A stretch of 62,602 nt of DNA, filler included, from Sphacelaria rigidula (lineage: Eukaryota): NCBI GenBank assembly GCA_964200075.2. It is 10 parts of 10 records of this genome, joined end to end, with 100 filler letters (N's around TTAATTAATTAA, not from the genome) between each part and the next. Parts side by side here need not be neighbours in the genome. Positions count along the whole stretch, not along the records: positions 31,354 to 37,523 come from CAXNAA020021773.1; positions 37,624 to 43,793 come from CAXNAA020021774.1; positions 43,894 to 50,063 come from CAXNAA020021775.1; 7 more parts are not named here. One strand, given 5' to 3'. Positions 37,123 through 48,365 of the stretch are shown here, piece by piece. Position numbers and translations under genes: made by a program. How positions within the stretch are numbered: the first letter of the stretch is position 1; the number at the start of each line of letters is the position of its first letter. Under the pieces are notes generated by a model. It searched no databases. It was not told the DNA's origin and was given only the letters and a program-made list of their open reading frames with translations.

Positions 37123-39299
37123 CTTTTACTTCTGAGGCCGCTTCTAATAGACTTGAAAAAGCCTCTGAGAAAAGTCATTTTGGTCAGTCTCCATAGATTT
37201 TTTTCAGAACGCGACCTTATGGGGCCACTTTTCATGAAAAATAGCCTCTGGAAATTGACCACAATTTGCAGACAGCGGGATTTTGACAAATGTCTCTGCG
37301 AAAAGCCATCGATTCGCAGAGAATTTTCTCAGCCTGCGAATTGTCGTTCCATCACACACTCCTCGCATACAAGCGTAGTACAGTCAGTGCAAAGTAGTTG
37401 CCCATATTGTATGTACAGTACAGTCCCAACAGCATAATTGCTGCAGCACTCAGTGCATCCTTTTCATGACCGTAGAACCAGGGACAGACAGTACAGACAG
37501 TGCAGTGTTTTTTTGCCAGCAGCNNNNNNNNNNNNNNNNNNNNNNNNNNNNNNNNNNNNNNNNNNNNTTAATTAATTAANNNNNNNNNNNNNNNNNNNNN
37601 NNNNNNNNNNNNNNNNNNNNNNNATAGCGTCATCGCCAACCGACGCCAACCTCATTGGGGGTCCGCCCCTATAAAACCGGGACGGAGCACGCCGGGTTTT
37701 CGCCGGACAGGCTGGGATGGGGGGTTGGGGGGAGGATGCGGGGACACCCAGTCTTTCATCCCCTAGTTTAGAGTCGAGGCGTTGGCGGATACGGTCAGCT
37801 GCTGCGCACACAGATCCTTGGCATGGCGACCGCTGAGATGGCGGACACACCGCCGCCCCGAAGCTCATCTTCTACATACACCGTCCTGACTGTAGGGTTC
37901 ATCGATCGATATTGTCTTCCGACTGCTGCCGAGATAGCCCCCACCCAAAACCGTCCAAAAACGTGCACGGAGGCGATGATCATAACTGCCGTTAAAGCTG
38001 GTTACATGCTGCACGACGCGACTANNNNNNNNNNGCAAACGAGCCCAATAGTGGGATCGCAGCCGGTTCGTTGGATGGTCTCCGGTGCACTTTTTGTGGG
38101 GGGGCTATCTCGGCCTTAGTCTTCCCCTGTGTCCAAAAAATACAATCCAACCATCCAACCATCCATCTTCAATCAACCTTCAACTAAATACTTATCCTAT
38201 TTTACCCTATTTTTACACCATATTGTTTTCTCCTTGTTCAAAAAAATAAATTCATTTATCGGTCCAATGAACATTCCCATTCCATCATCATTAATGAATT
38301 AACTAGCGAATTAATTAATATGTACCATTATAGCTCTATAATTTTTCTTTAACAAGATTCAACAAAAAAATCACAAAAATCATGGTAATTTTCGAAAAAT
38401 CCCCCATCGGGAGGAGAGGGGTACCGAATTTCTCAGAACTTTCTCGAGTCTAAAATCAAGTAGTCATGTTGTCAACCATAGATACATGACCAGAGCTTTA
38501 GGTCTACTGTGGGGGGAGGGGGCGCTACGAGCTGGGCCAGCCGAGACGCGAATTTGTAGTTTGCAGGCCCACTAACCGGCCAGTATTTAGAGTTGGACCC
38601 TGAAATTTGGTATGGACAATGAATAGGGCATGATCAAAACAAATACCAGTGCACACAAGGTTTTCCCCATGAAATAAGGGCAATAATCAGTTTTCAGGTA
38701 TCAGTGAAATGCCCTCAACTCATGAAAAAACACATTGTGTGCAGTGTTGTGTTGTGTTGCCGTCCCATCTGTTCTGGCACCGTTCGGTATATGTGGGCGC
38801 ACCAGCCGGGGTCACACAGGAGGAAGATCAACAACACAGGAGCTTTTTCTTTTTTCTTTGTTTTTAGTACCCCATCTTCCTTCTGCGGTGCTTGACTTTA
38901 TTTTTTCTCGCGAAAGGGGTTCAGCAATCCCTTTCCCTTGTCGACCGTTAAGTCGAGTTTAAGCACTGGTATTTGTTTTTATTATGATCTATTCAAGTAA
39001 ATTGCCCTCAACTCATGAACAATAGAACTTGTGTGCACTGGTAGCTCTATCATCGATGTTTGCCAGTAGCGAACGAGAGAGTAAATTGCGGCTTACGATT
39101 AACAATCGCCAAAATAAGAAACAACAGGTGAATAAGAAACTCTTTGGCAGCGCCAAGAATATCCGCGTAAGACATTAACCTCAGCCGAAATTCACCCTTG
39201 TTTCTGTACCGTATGTATAGTATGGTACTATTGTACTACTATTCATAACTGTTTTCGTGAAATTGAGAGTAGAGCATAGAGGATACGATTGATGAGATT

Positions 39300-39603
39300 T
39301 TTTTTTTCCTTACACTTTCAACCCCTCCCCTTCCTCGGGATGAGCCCGTGGTCTGAAGGGATCTACCCGTTTCTCCCCCGGTACGTGCCTTCCATTTGGT
39401 CTCGCGGTTTGGGACAGTACTCCGGCACCGCGTCGACTCACGTCACACAAATCCAGTCGACTATTTTGTGTACTCACGTTCTCACGCTTGCCACGGTGGA
39501 AATTATACATTACGAGAGAAAACCCAACGCATCGAGAATCGAACCCCGTTCTTTCCACCCTAATGGCGAAATTCGGACCATGTCACCACCGGGGCGCGGC
39601 GGC
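39300..39603 (-). mobile_element. tRNA-derived SINE-like element; similar tRNA-like heads at ~31778-31862(-) and ~47895-47975(-)
   Basis: 5' GCCGCGCCCCGGTGG and B-box-like GGTTCGATTCT on the minus strand. Confidence 0.55.
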
Positions 39604-40613
39604 TCGAAATTGAAAAGTGGTCAATAATTAGTGAATGAATCGTTTCACTTCCGAAATGCCTCTCGACGAGGCCCAATATGCTTTCTGTAGTAGTAGCTTG
39701 CCACTGAAGCCCTTAATACCCCTGAGTAGGATATCGACGTGTAGCTGTGAGCTCACGCAAGTCATGGAAGGGAAGAAAAGCACACACAGAATGAAAAATA
39801 GTCTGAGTTGAAGCGAGTGATCAAAACCATTCTCAATCAGCGCGCTACTCTCAATCTCACGAAGACGTTGTTTACTGTTCTCTAGGAGGAAACTTTTTCT
39901 TTTCATGTGTATCGCCGATTCTACACTCCTATAATTCGGACAATATACAACAGCAGCACAATAACCGCTCGTAACATTCCCTCGGCTAGCGCTTACTTTC
40001 GTTAAGATTGTGTCTGTCTCGCTCTTCTGCACTAAGCAAGTCACTCAGCTGCAGTAGTACCGCGAACCACGCCAAAAGGTCGTTACAAAGAGCATCCAAG
40101 TACGACGTTGGTGCCAAGATATGTTGATTGAGGAATATGTGACCGCCTACTCTCTAGGTCCTCTTTTAAACTATATCGCGTGACATTTGTCATGATAGAA
40201 ATCTGATGCCGTTCGCTCAAGGCTCCCCACGACTCCGCGCTTCCACCACCGTGGCAGAGAGGTTGAGGTAAACGACCTACAAACACCATATTTTATAAAT
40301 ATTCAATTGCGACATTTTTACAGCACATGACAGGAAGCAGTCAGTGCATTAGGGAACGTTAAAGTTCAATTCAAAAGGCAGTACAGTACAGTACAGTACA
40401 GTACGTTACAGTACGATACAGTACGGTACGGTACCCAGACAGATCTGTCGGCGCCCTCCCTAGTGGCGCTTGATTCGAACGTAGGATTCAGAGACAAGAC
40501 AGGGAACGGCCGGCGAGGTGTTACGACAGATACAGCATATACTACACAACCGGTGTGCCGCTACTGCTGGATATAATACCGTCCTCAAGACCCGTGCGCA
40601 TTGGCTGGTATAC

Positions 40614-42017
40614 ATGAGTGATGGTGCAAGAAGACAACATCAAGATGCGGCACCATCCACACTACCCTCGTACATATCCAACGACTCATCCCTGGGGGGA
40701 GACGAATTCTACGACGCTGTCGACGACCTCGACAAGCGCATATCTCGCGGCTCTCGCGGTAGTAATATCGCCACATCTGCATTCGGTAGTACGCGTTCAT
40801 CGGTCGCCTACGGCAGTAACCGCTCCACGGGAAGTGCGGGGCTGGGACCGCCAACCGCAGAGGCGGCGGAACTGATGGCTCATTTAGCGTCCGGAAGCGG
40901 GCGAAGGGTTAACCGCGAAGAGGAGATTTTTGCAACGGCAACAGCAGGAGGTGAAGGGGACATTGGTTGGGGTAGTAGTGTCGCAGGGAGTACGGTGTTC
41001 GGGTCTACAACTGCCAACGAGGGGCCTCCGGGGGGCTCCTTAGGACTTGATGTGTTCTTGACAGCACGACTCGACGAGGACGGTCTCGTAGGCGATGCGA
41101 CTGGTGTTGAGAAAGGAGAACAGGCTGGGGGGGGAAATGGAACAACAGCCAGCAGCAGTGGTAGGTCCATTCGCAGATGGCCGCCACCTGCCCACCAGCA
41201 GCCGCAGAACGTGATAGTGCTTGACATCAGCAGCAACGAGACGAGTCCAAATACCACACCAGGGGGAAGTAGGGGCAAGAGCAGTAGGAGAAACAGCAAC
41301 GACTCTGCTATTGCAGGTGCAAATCATTGGTCTTCTGGTGCATTGGGAGGAGCGAGCAGTAGCCCATTACCGCAACAACCACTGCCACAAGCGCCCCCGC
41401 GGCAGCACGTTAGCCTAGCATCGAGCAGTACCAACCCTTTTGCTCCCCCGGTCAATACAGGGAGCCCTATCAATCCGTTTGCTCCAGAATGCGATGCAAC
41501 CGCCTGCGCCGCCGCTAAGTCCACCCGGCGTAGCTCTAACCCGTTCGTTACTGCTGAGGAAGTCCTTCCCACAAGTTCCACGTCTAGCACTGTCCTAGTG
41601 GAGCCGCGCCCGGGGGGTGTTGTCACCGCCAGTCGCTCGCCCAGAAACACGGCGGCCGCCGCGGCTTCCGCGTCCACGGCAATAGCGACACCGCCAGACG
41701 AAAGTAGTTCCGCCGCTAGCGTTAGTTCTAATAGGGGGAAAGCCCCACCATTGCCACCTAGACCAGTCAACTTGCTGCAAAGCAAGGGAGTCGGGAACGC
41801 CAGCCCAGTTTCTGTTTCATCGCCTGCTCGCTCTACTACCACAGTAGAGAGTAACAGTACTGATGCCGTTAATGGGCTTGATGGGGCAGACGCGGGGTCT
41901 GTCGGATCTTCCGCCGCCAGTGTTGATACTGCTGGGGGAGCGGCGGAGGCAGGAGTGGAGTTGGGAGGAGGGCGAGAGGGGGAGGGGGCAAGCGGCAAGT
42001 TTATGGTGGTGAATAAG
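40614..42017 (+). CDS. WDR44: WDR44-like WD40 protein, large N-terminal exon (low complexity; FFAT-like, NPF and PxxPxR motifs)
   Basis: 468 open codons from ATG, DEFYDAVD near the N-terminus, ending FMVVNK at a GTGAGC donor in phase 0. The start codon is a best guess. Confidence 0.8.
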
Positions 42018-42440
42018 GTGAGCATCTGGGGTGCAATGCATGTGGATTTATTCGGGCTTGGAGTCTGCATGTGTTTGCCTAATCGAGGTTCTACTATAAT
42101 ACTGGTTTCGACAAAATTGCAGTCACTTGAAAATGGGCGTTTGGTATTTTTTGTATATGACGCTGTTGCTTGTGCACAAACTCGCACTATCACTTCCGAC
42201 ATTGGGCGTCTAGGTTCTTATGTATACATTGTCCTAGCAGATCGTTCGGGCGAACACGAAGAATCTCCTGCGAGACTCTCATTAACCACTTGCTGATCCG
42301 CACCCAACATGAAGCCCCTACTTTGTATCAGATACACAAAATCACGGGCATACTATCGCGCAGTAGCGACAGCTCAGTCGATGCACATTCGTGTCCTGAT
42401 ACTCGTTTATGACCCATCCCGCCCCGAAACATCCCACAAG

Positions 42441-43649
42441 GACACGGGCCAAGTGTTCGACATTCGCGAAGTGGAGCAAAACTTGGCCTCGGAGACATTA
42501 GGAACCCTGTTGCCCTCCCGCGCTGATTTGATGACTCTAGAGTGTCAGCGATCGGCTAGCGGAAGCGGGAATGGTGCTTCTACTTCTTTGACCAACACCA
42601 GTAGCAGCGCAGGAACCACCCCGCTATCCCCGACTTCGCGACACTCGATCTCCTCCGTGGCGGCATCGATGGCGGCGGCGGTCGGGACAGCAAGCACTCG
42701 CAAGGAAAAGGCCAGAAGTTTGGGGATTAAGGTCCGCAAGGGGCTCGGGAAGGTGGCCACGGCATCTCGAGCGGCCGCCGCCGCTGCCGCGAGTGGAAGC
42801 GGCGGTGGAGGCGGCGGCGACGGAGGAAGCGCGGGAGATAGAATCGACAGCAGGGCGACCGCTGGTAGCGGGGGTAATGGGGGGGTGGAACAACGGTCAG
42901 TCGGTGGTGGCGGCATCGGCGCCGCAGCGCGCAACGCCCGCATGGCACTGTCGGGCATCCGGGTGTCTTTCAAGGGCAAAGAAACGTCGGAAAATCTAGC
43001 CGACCTCATGTTGCTGCAGGAGCTTAAGGCGCACGAGGGGCCAATATGGGCGGCCTCGTTTAACCACAGCGGAAAGATATTGGCCACCGCGGGTGCAGAC
43101 ATGAGCATCGTGCTTCATCACGTCGGCGATGTTTTTGCGATGGATGCTGCTGACACCAGCGACAGCACCACCCCGTCGAACAACTCCGAGATCAACGGAA
43201 AACCGTGGGAAAGTACTACGGAGCCACCACGGCCGACGGCGAGCGAGGCGGTAACGGGGGATGTAACCCTTAGCGTCGACAATGCAACGCGAGATTCCCG
43301 AGCGAAACCCCCTCCGACTGGGAAAACAGCAACCACCGGGAGAAAAACGGGGTCACGATCTGGAAACGATCCAATAGTCAGCGCCATCGGTGCTGCCAGC
43401 GGCGGCGATGTGGGGGGGGAGAGCTCGGTAGGTGCCGGGGGGGAAAATACATCGACCAGCGGGAACATTCCGCCAAGTGGTCCGGGCGCGACTGGAGGCG
43501 GGGGTCGACGAGGGGGTGCACGAAGGTCGTCGGTGCCCTTGTGTGTAGGGCTAGTGCCGTGTCAGGTTTTGAAAGCGCACAGAGGAGACGTGGTGGCCCT
43601 TTCGTGGTCGAGAAATGACTTCTTGCTGTCGGCGTCCCTGGACAAGACG
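42441..43649 (+). CDS. WDR44: WDR44-like WD40 protein, second exon (first WD repeats); the gene continues beyond the contig
   Basis: NK|DTGQVFDI junction, QELKAHEGPIWAASFNHSGKILATAGAD and AHRGDVVALSWSRNDFLLSASLDKT, then a GTGAGA donor. Confidence 0.88.
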
Positions 43650-43944
43650 GTGAGACGTTTCATCGTTGATATGTCGTGCTTCTTCATAGCCTCTTGTGGT
43701 GTGTCGCTCCCTTGTTGTGACCGTCCTTTGGGGGGGGGGGGGGGGGGGGGGCAGGGGAGGCGTGTGTTGCGGTGAGAGGGGGGGGTTTCGGGGNNNNNNN
43801 NNNNNNNNNNNNNNNNNNNNNNNNNNNNNNNNNNNNNTTAATTAATTAANNNNNNNNNNNNNNNNNNNNNNNNNNNNNNNNNNNNNNNNNNNNCCCCCCC
43901 CGCGCCGCCTGCCCCTCTGGTTTCACCTCCGCTGGCTCTGGCGG

Positions 43945-43947
43945 GGT

Positions 43948-43979
<32 letters not shown>

Positions 43980-44600
43980 GGCTAGTCATTCGTTGCTTGC
44001 CTTAGTCGTTTGATCATTGAGCACGCATCACTTTCGAGATGGAGCATCGTTCCTTCTCCTGATACACCTCCGACATTTCGGTGTTCATTGCGTTTGTTCC
44101 ATACATTATATATATATATATATATATCTCATCCCCGTCCTGTTTCGCCGTCTCTGACCACCATCCATCTCCTGGTATAGCCATCGTTTTCTTGCTACAG
44201 TCTGATGCATCAAACGATTTCATGCCACCTTCGTTCACGTGCCGCGTTCCCCTGCCTAGCACGTCCTGTTCCTTCTTGTATAGTTCACATTCTGCCACTC
44301 TTTGAGTTCTGCTCTCTATTGCTTCGCCACGGGGGCAATTCTGTGCATCTACTGCCTCCTCCTCTCGACTACTGGTATATCTCGTTCTTCTTCCTGGCAG
44401 GTCCAGGACCCCCACCCGAAATCTCTGTTTCTTTGTTTTCGCCGCGTCCATTGGGGCATGCAGATATGTTTTTGTCCCTATCCCCTTTCTCAACCCCCCT
44501 CATATCTTCAGGTGTTATTCCTCGTCTACTTTGCGTGTGAGCGCTTCTTTTCCCCTTATTTCTTCAGCAAGTGGGAGAGAAAACAAGGAAAAAATAAGCT
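43945..44600 (-). mobile_element. LINE ORF2 3' end (~600 bp) ending in a long poly(C) run (poly G on +)
   Basis: MRKGIGTKTYLHAPMD...QNCPRGEAIESR...AECELY is homologous to 26560-27100. Confidence 0.9.
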
Positions 44601-44811
44601 CATGATACATTTTTGACTCGTCGATGAGTGTTCGGGGGGGGGGGGGGGGGGGGGGGAGAACGGAAGAAGAAAGTAATGAAAGTTGGTAACATGACATGAG
44701 GATGATGATTGTTTTTCTTACCCGTTTCTTAGTTTACTCTGTTCTACCTTCCTGCTTTCTTCAATTCACTGCATCAAGTGTTCCATTTGTTTTTATCTTG
44801 GGTACGTCCAT

Positions 44812-45195
44812 GCCGGTCGCCCCGGTGCCTCAGTTGGTGACGTCGAAACCCTCTGACGGTTGGGTCGTGGGTTCGAATCTCGGTGCAGTTACATGATCTG
44901 GGATCATTTCTCGCAGCATGCCCAACAGTGGAGAGCGACCATGTCGTGAGTACATAAAAGTTGACTCAACGGTCGACGAGAGAAAGGGACCGCTGAACCC
45001 TCCTCGCGACAAAGAACAACAAGGCAAACACCGCAGAAGGAAGGTGGAGAACTAAAAAAGAGAAAAAAAGAAAGAAAAAAAACTCCTGTGCTGGCCGTCC
45101 ACCTGTGTGACCCCGGCTGATGTGCCCACGTATACCTGAAGGTTTAGTCTGGGGTCCAGAATAGATGGGACGACAACACACACAACATAACACAC
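44812..45195 (+). mobile_element. Full-length tRNA-derived SINE
   Basis: A-box-like GTGCCTCAGTTGG, B-box GGTTCGAATCT and a CA-rich tail. Flanks ACGTCCAT/ACATCCAT are a near-TSD. Confidence 0.8.
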
Positions 45196-45520
45196 ACATC
45201 CATTATGCGACCACGGCTGGATCCTTGGGGGACCAGTTGAAGTGCGACAATCAATCGATCAATCAAACACATCATTTTCCCCGATGTTGCCCCCCGCCCC
45301 GCCCGCCCGCCCACCCCATCCCGTTTCTCACCGATGAATCATGTTCCACCATCACCGCGCAAACCCCGCGCGCGGACGAGTCATCCTACGATGGGGGGGG
45401 GTATTTTGGGGCATTTCTTTCACAAAAATCCGCTTCTAGTCGTTGCCGCAAGCAGCAAGTTGTATTCGAAGGCGCTTGGGAGCAGTAAAACACCCTCGTT
45501 CATATTGCTTGACACCGTTT

Positions 45521-45704
45521 CACACCCTGGACAATGACTATATATGATCAATAGATGCGATAGACAAAATATGAACTGGATAAAGTATAGGCCTATTGCA
45601 ACTACTGACGGCGGCGTCAATAGTTGTAATAGGCCTATATTTTATCCAGTACATATGTTGTCTATCGCATCTATTGACCGTATATAGTCATTGTCCAGGG
45701 TGTG
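45521..45704. mobile_element. Hairpin MITE, second copy, 8-bp TSD CACCGTTT
   Basis: CACACCCTGGACAAT...ATTGTCCAGGGTGTG. CACCGTTT occurs at 45513-45520 and 45705-45712. Confidence 0.92.
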
Positions 45705-46555
45705 CACCGTTTTCACACAAACACAAGCTCAGCGCGAGTGTATTAGATCGTCTGACACACCTACGAGCCGCCTGTTTTTTTTCGTGGAATCAAGCCACCC
45801 CGCCTCTATGACTGTGGTATGCATGAGCATGAGTACCCCGCCTCTATCGCGGTGCTCAGTCTCGAAGGGGATGCGTGGTTAATGGTCGAACGACTGAGGA
45901 ACGCAACAAATGACTATGCTCCCTGTATCGTAGGATCACGCGGATGCTTAACCCCTTGAGCGCGACGTGCCTCAACTTGTTCCCGAATCGAACACTGGGG
46001 AACACCTGCTTTGATTTACTCGCATGTGAACATCGTAAAACACCTCGTTCACTTTTTTAGCAACAACAGACATGTATACTTGGAGTCAGGGTAGAGGATG
46101 CCACGGAAGAATACATGGTAGGCAGCCGCACTCGGCGATGATACTCTTGAACAGTACGGGAGCTCTGCTCAACGGTAATAGCTGCTGTGTCAAGATTGCA
46201 GTGGGGGTCGCCAGCCCGGCATGACACGTTTAAGGTACCTCAAAACTCGAGTTTTTTCGCAACATTTACATATGTTTATGTTGTGACACATACCGAGTGA
46301 TTCCACGGTAGGGGTGCAATTTTTTAGTCCAAAATGTTTTTCGGACGCGGCACACTGACGAGCAGATATTGGTCATCGAGAGGCTCCTAAAGTGCAGAGC
46401 CTCAGCTAGAAGTTGTGCACCCCCTACTGTAGAACAACTCGACACCGAGAAGCTCGAGTTTGACCCACCTTTTGTATTATTTGCACTGTGTTGCTGGGAT
46501 AGTTTGATTGATTTTTGATTGATTTTCGCACTTTAACGGTAGTGAAAAAAAAAAG

Positions 46556-46883
46556 TAATCTTGTGTTCTGTAGGATACGCGTGTGTTCGGTAGGGTATGG
46601 GACTTTTCACAGAACTTGCAGAACCTGTCGGGTACCGGTATGCAAGTCTTGCAAAACGTGCAGAACCAGTGGGGTAGGTTGTACAGAAACCCTTACCCGC
46701 AACTGTATATTTTTTACGAGGGTATACTCGTACCCCGGGTAAGCATAAATATTTCGCACAGATCCTACAGAACTGTCGTGTACCGGCATGGGAGACTCAG
46801 AACTTACAGAACTGTCGGGTACGGGTAATACCCGGGTAAATACCCCGGGTATCTAAAGATGTACCCTACAGAACACAATCTTG
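46556..46883. mobile_element. MITE with TIR TTGTGTTCTGTAGG and internal CAGAAC / GGGTA subrepeats
   Basis: TTGTGTTCTGTAGGATAC ... GTACCCTACAGAACACAA. The same end motif occurs near 20664. Confidence 0.65.
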
Positions 46884-48194
46884 CCATTTTAGTTGATGTT
46901 AGTATATAGCCAATCGCACTTGAGACAGGTGATTTTGACCGCACTGATCCACACCGTACCGGTATCGAAGGTCAGCCGGCGATATGTTCCGAAAGGCGGT
47001 GTCGCGTACAGAGGTTCGGCGCTTGATGACGTGTTGGGCTGCGAAAATGATCAATTAATTCGTGCCTAGAAGCGTATACAGTACCATGCCCACTGCCGAT
47101 ATTTTTCGCGACTTGGGGTTTCATGTACCAACCAATCAACGCTCCTGTAATATGGTTTACATGTCGCTAAGAGCCTCGCAGTGAAAGGAGCTGAACCCGG
47201 CAAAAGTGTGCATCATTGCTCAATGATGTATTGATGTATACCCCCTCCCCCCCTCTGCCGCCCTCCGTCTCGGAAAGGATGCGTGGTCAATGGTCAAACG
47301 ACTAAGGCAAGCAATAAATGAGTACGCCCCCTCCCCCTCCCCCTCCCCCCCTCCTCTCTCCTCGAGACGAGTCCGGAGTATCAAGAGGGATAAATCTCTC
47401 ATATCTCCCCCAGTATTGTTCATGCCTTGCACATGTTTTGTTTCCAGGATTAGATAATGACCACTACAATAGTACTTCGGCACCACCCTGTCGATTCTCA
47501 TCGGGTTTTTTTCTTGTTATTGTACTCTACGCGCATCTTCGTAAACTTTTTTTTTCTCGGCGGACAGACGGACAGGAACCAAATTCTGTTCCGAATGACC
47601 GTTGTTTCTGTCTACATTGGTAATGGTAATAATGGAAAGGCGACCCTACATATTTTTCTTTATTTTTTACTTGACGGAAGGAGGAGACCTAACTCAACAG
47701 TTACCACGCAAGCGGGTTCGTATGCCGATTACCCGGAGACTCAGCTAGCCCGCCTCACGGCAGTCATGTGGAGTAGGCGCCTCGAGCATTCGCAAGCTTT
47801 GCTCAAGGCAGGGGGGGTTGCGACCTCACGTCTCGTGACCACGGGTTAGAGAGATGGGGCTAATATGCGGAAATAATAAATAATCGAGAATATTACATCT
47901 GTCGGGATTCGAACCCGCAACCTTCCGCCCCATGTGGCTGTCAACGCACCATTTAATTTTGATCACCCGGGGTGGCACCGTTTTTCTTCCGCGTCACACA
48001 TTGAACCCCTCCCCTTTCCTCGGGACGAATTCGTGATCTCCAGGGATGAACTGATCTCTTCCCCATTACACACCTTGCATGTTGGTCTCGCGGCGGATTC
48101 GCACCTGTGATTTCCAAATCCTTGCCTCGCCCGATCTCGATTGACACCCTTCTGTATCCTCGGCGGGGGGATCGGCGACGCAACATACACGCAG

Positions 48195-48365
48195 GTGCTT
48201 AAGCTGGGTTGTAACGCCGTGCTGGCCTACCAGCAGGACTTTGACGTGGAGGGAGACAGCGGGATTGTGGCAAGAGCGTACGGGACCGCTTGTGTGATTC
48301 AGCGACGGGACACCGGCAGTACCAGTAGCTTGGTCGACAAGATCGCCCCGTCCCTCGGTCGCCAG
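48195..48365 (+). CDS. C2CD5: C2CD5-like protein, internal exon
   Basis: VLKLGCNAVLAYQQDFDVEGDSGIVARAYGTAC matches the C2CD5 block G.NAV..Y.Q.FD.EG.SG.V.RA.GTAC. GCAG acceptor, GTAAGG donor, 171 nt. Confidence 0.85.

Noticed and set aside
41324..43468. Long minus-strand ORFs (292, 187 and 116 aa)
   Set aside because: They are antisense shadows of the GC-rich WDR44-like exons. The same applies to 58024-58548 and 59607-59999.
44812..44890. tRNA gene
   Set aside because: It has A/B-box similarity but no convincing cloverleaf, and it continues into a multi-copy body, so it is a SINE head.
32281..48365. Apparent cluster of membrane-trafficking genes (ARF-GEF, WDR44, C2CD5)
   Set aside because: They lie on three different contigs that are adjacent only because of size sorting.
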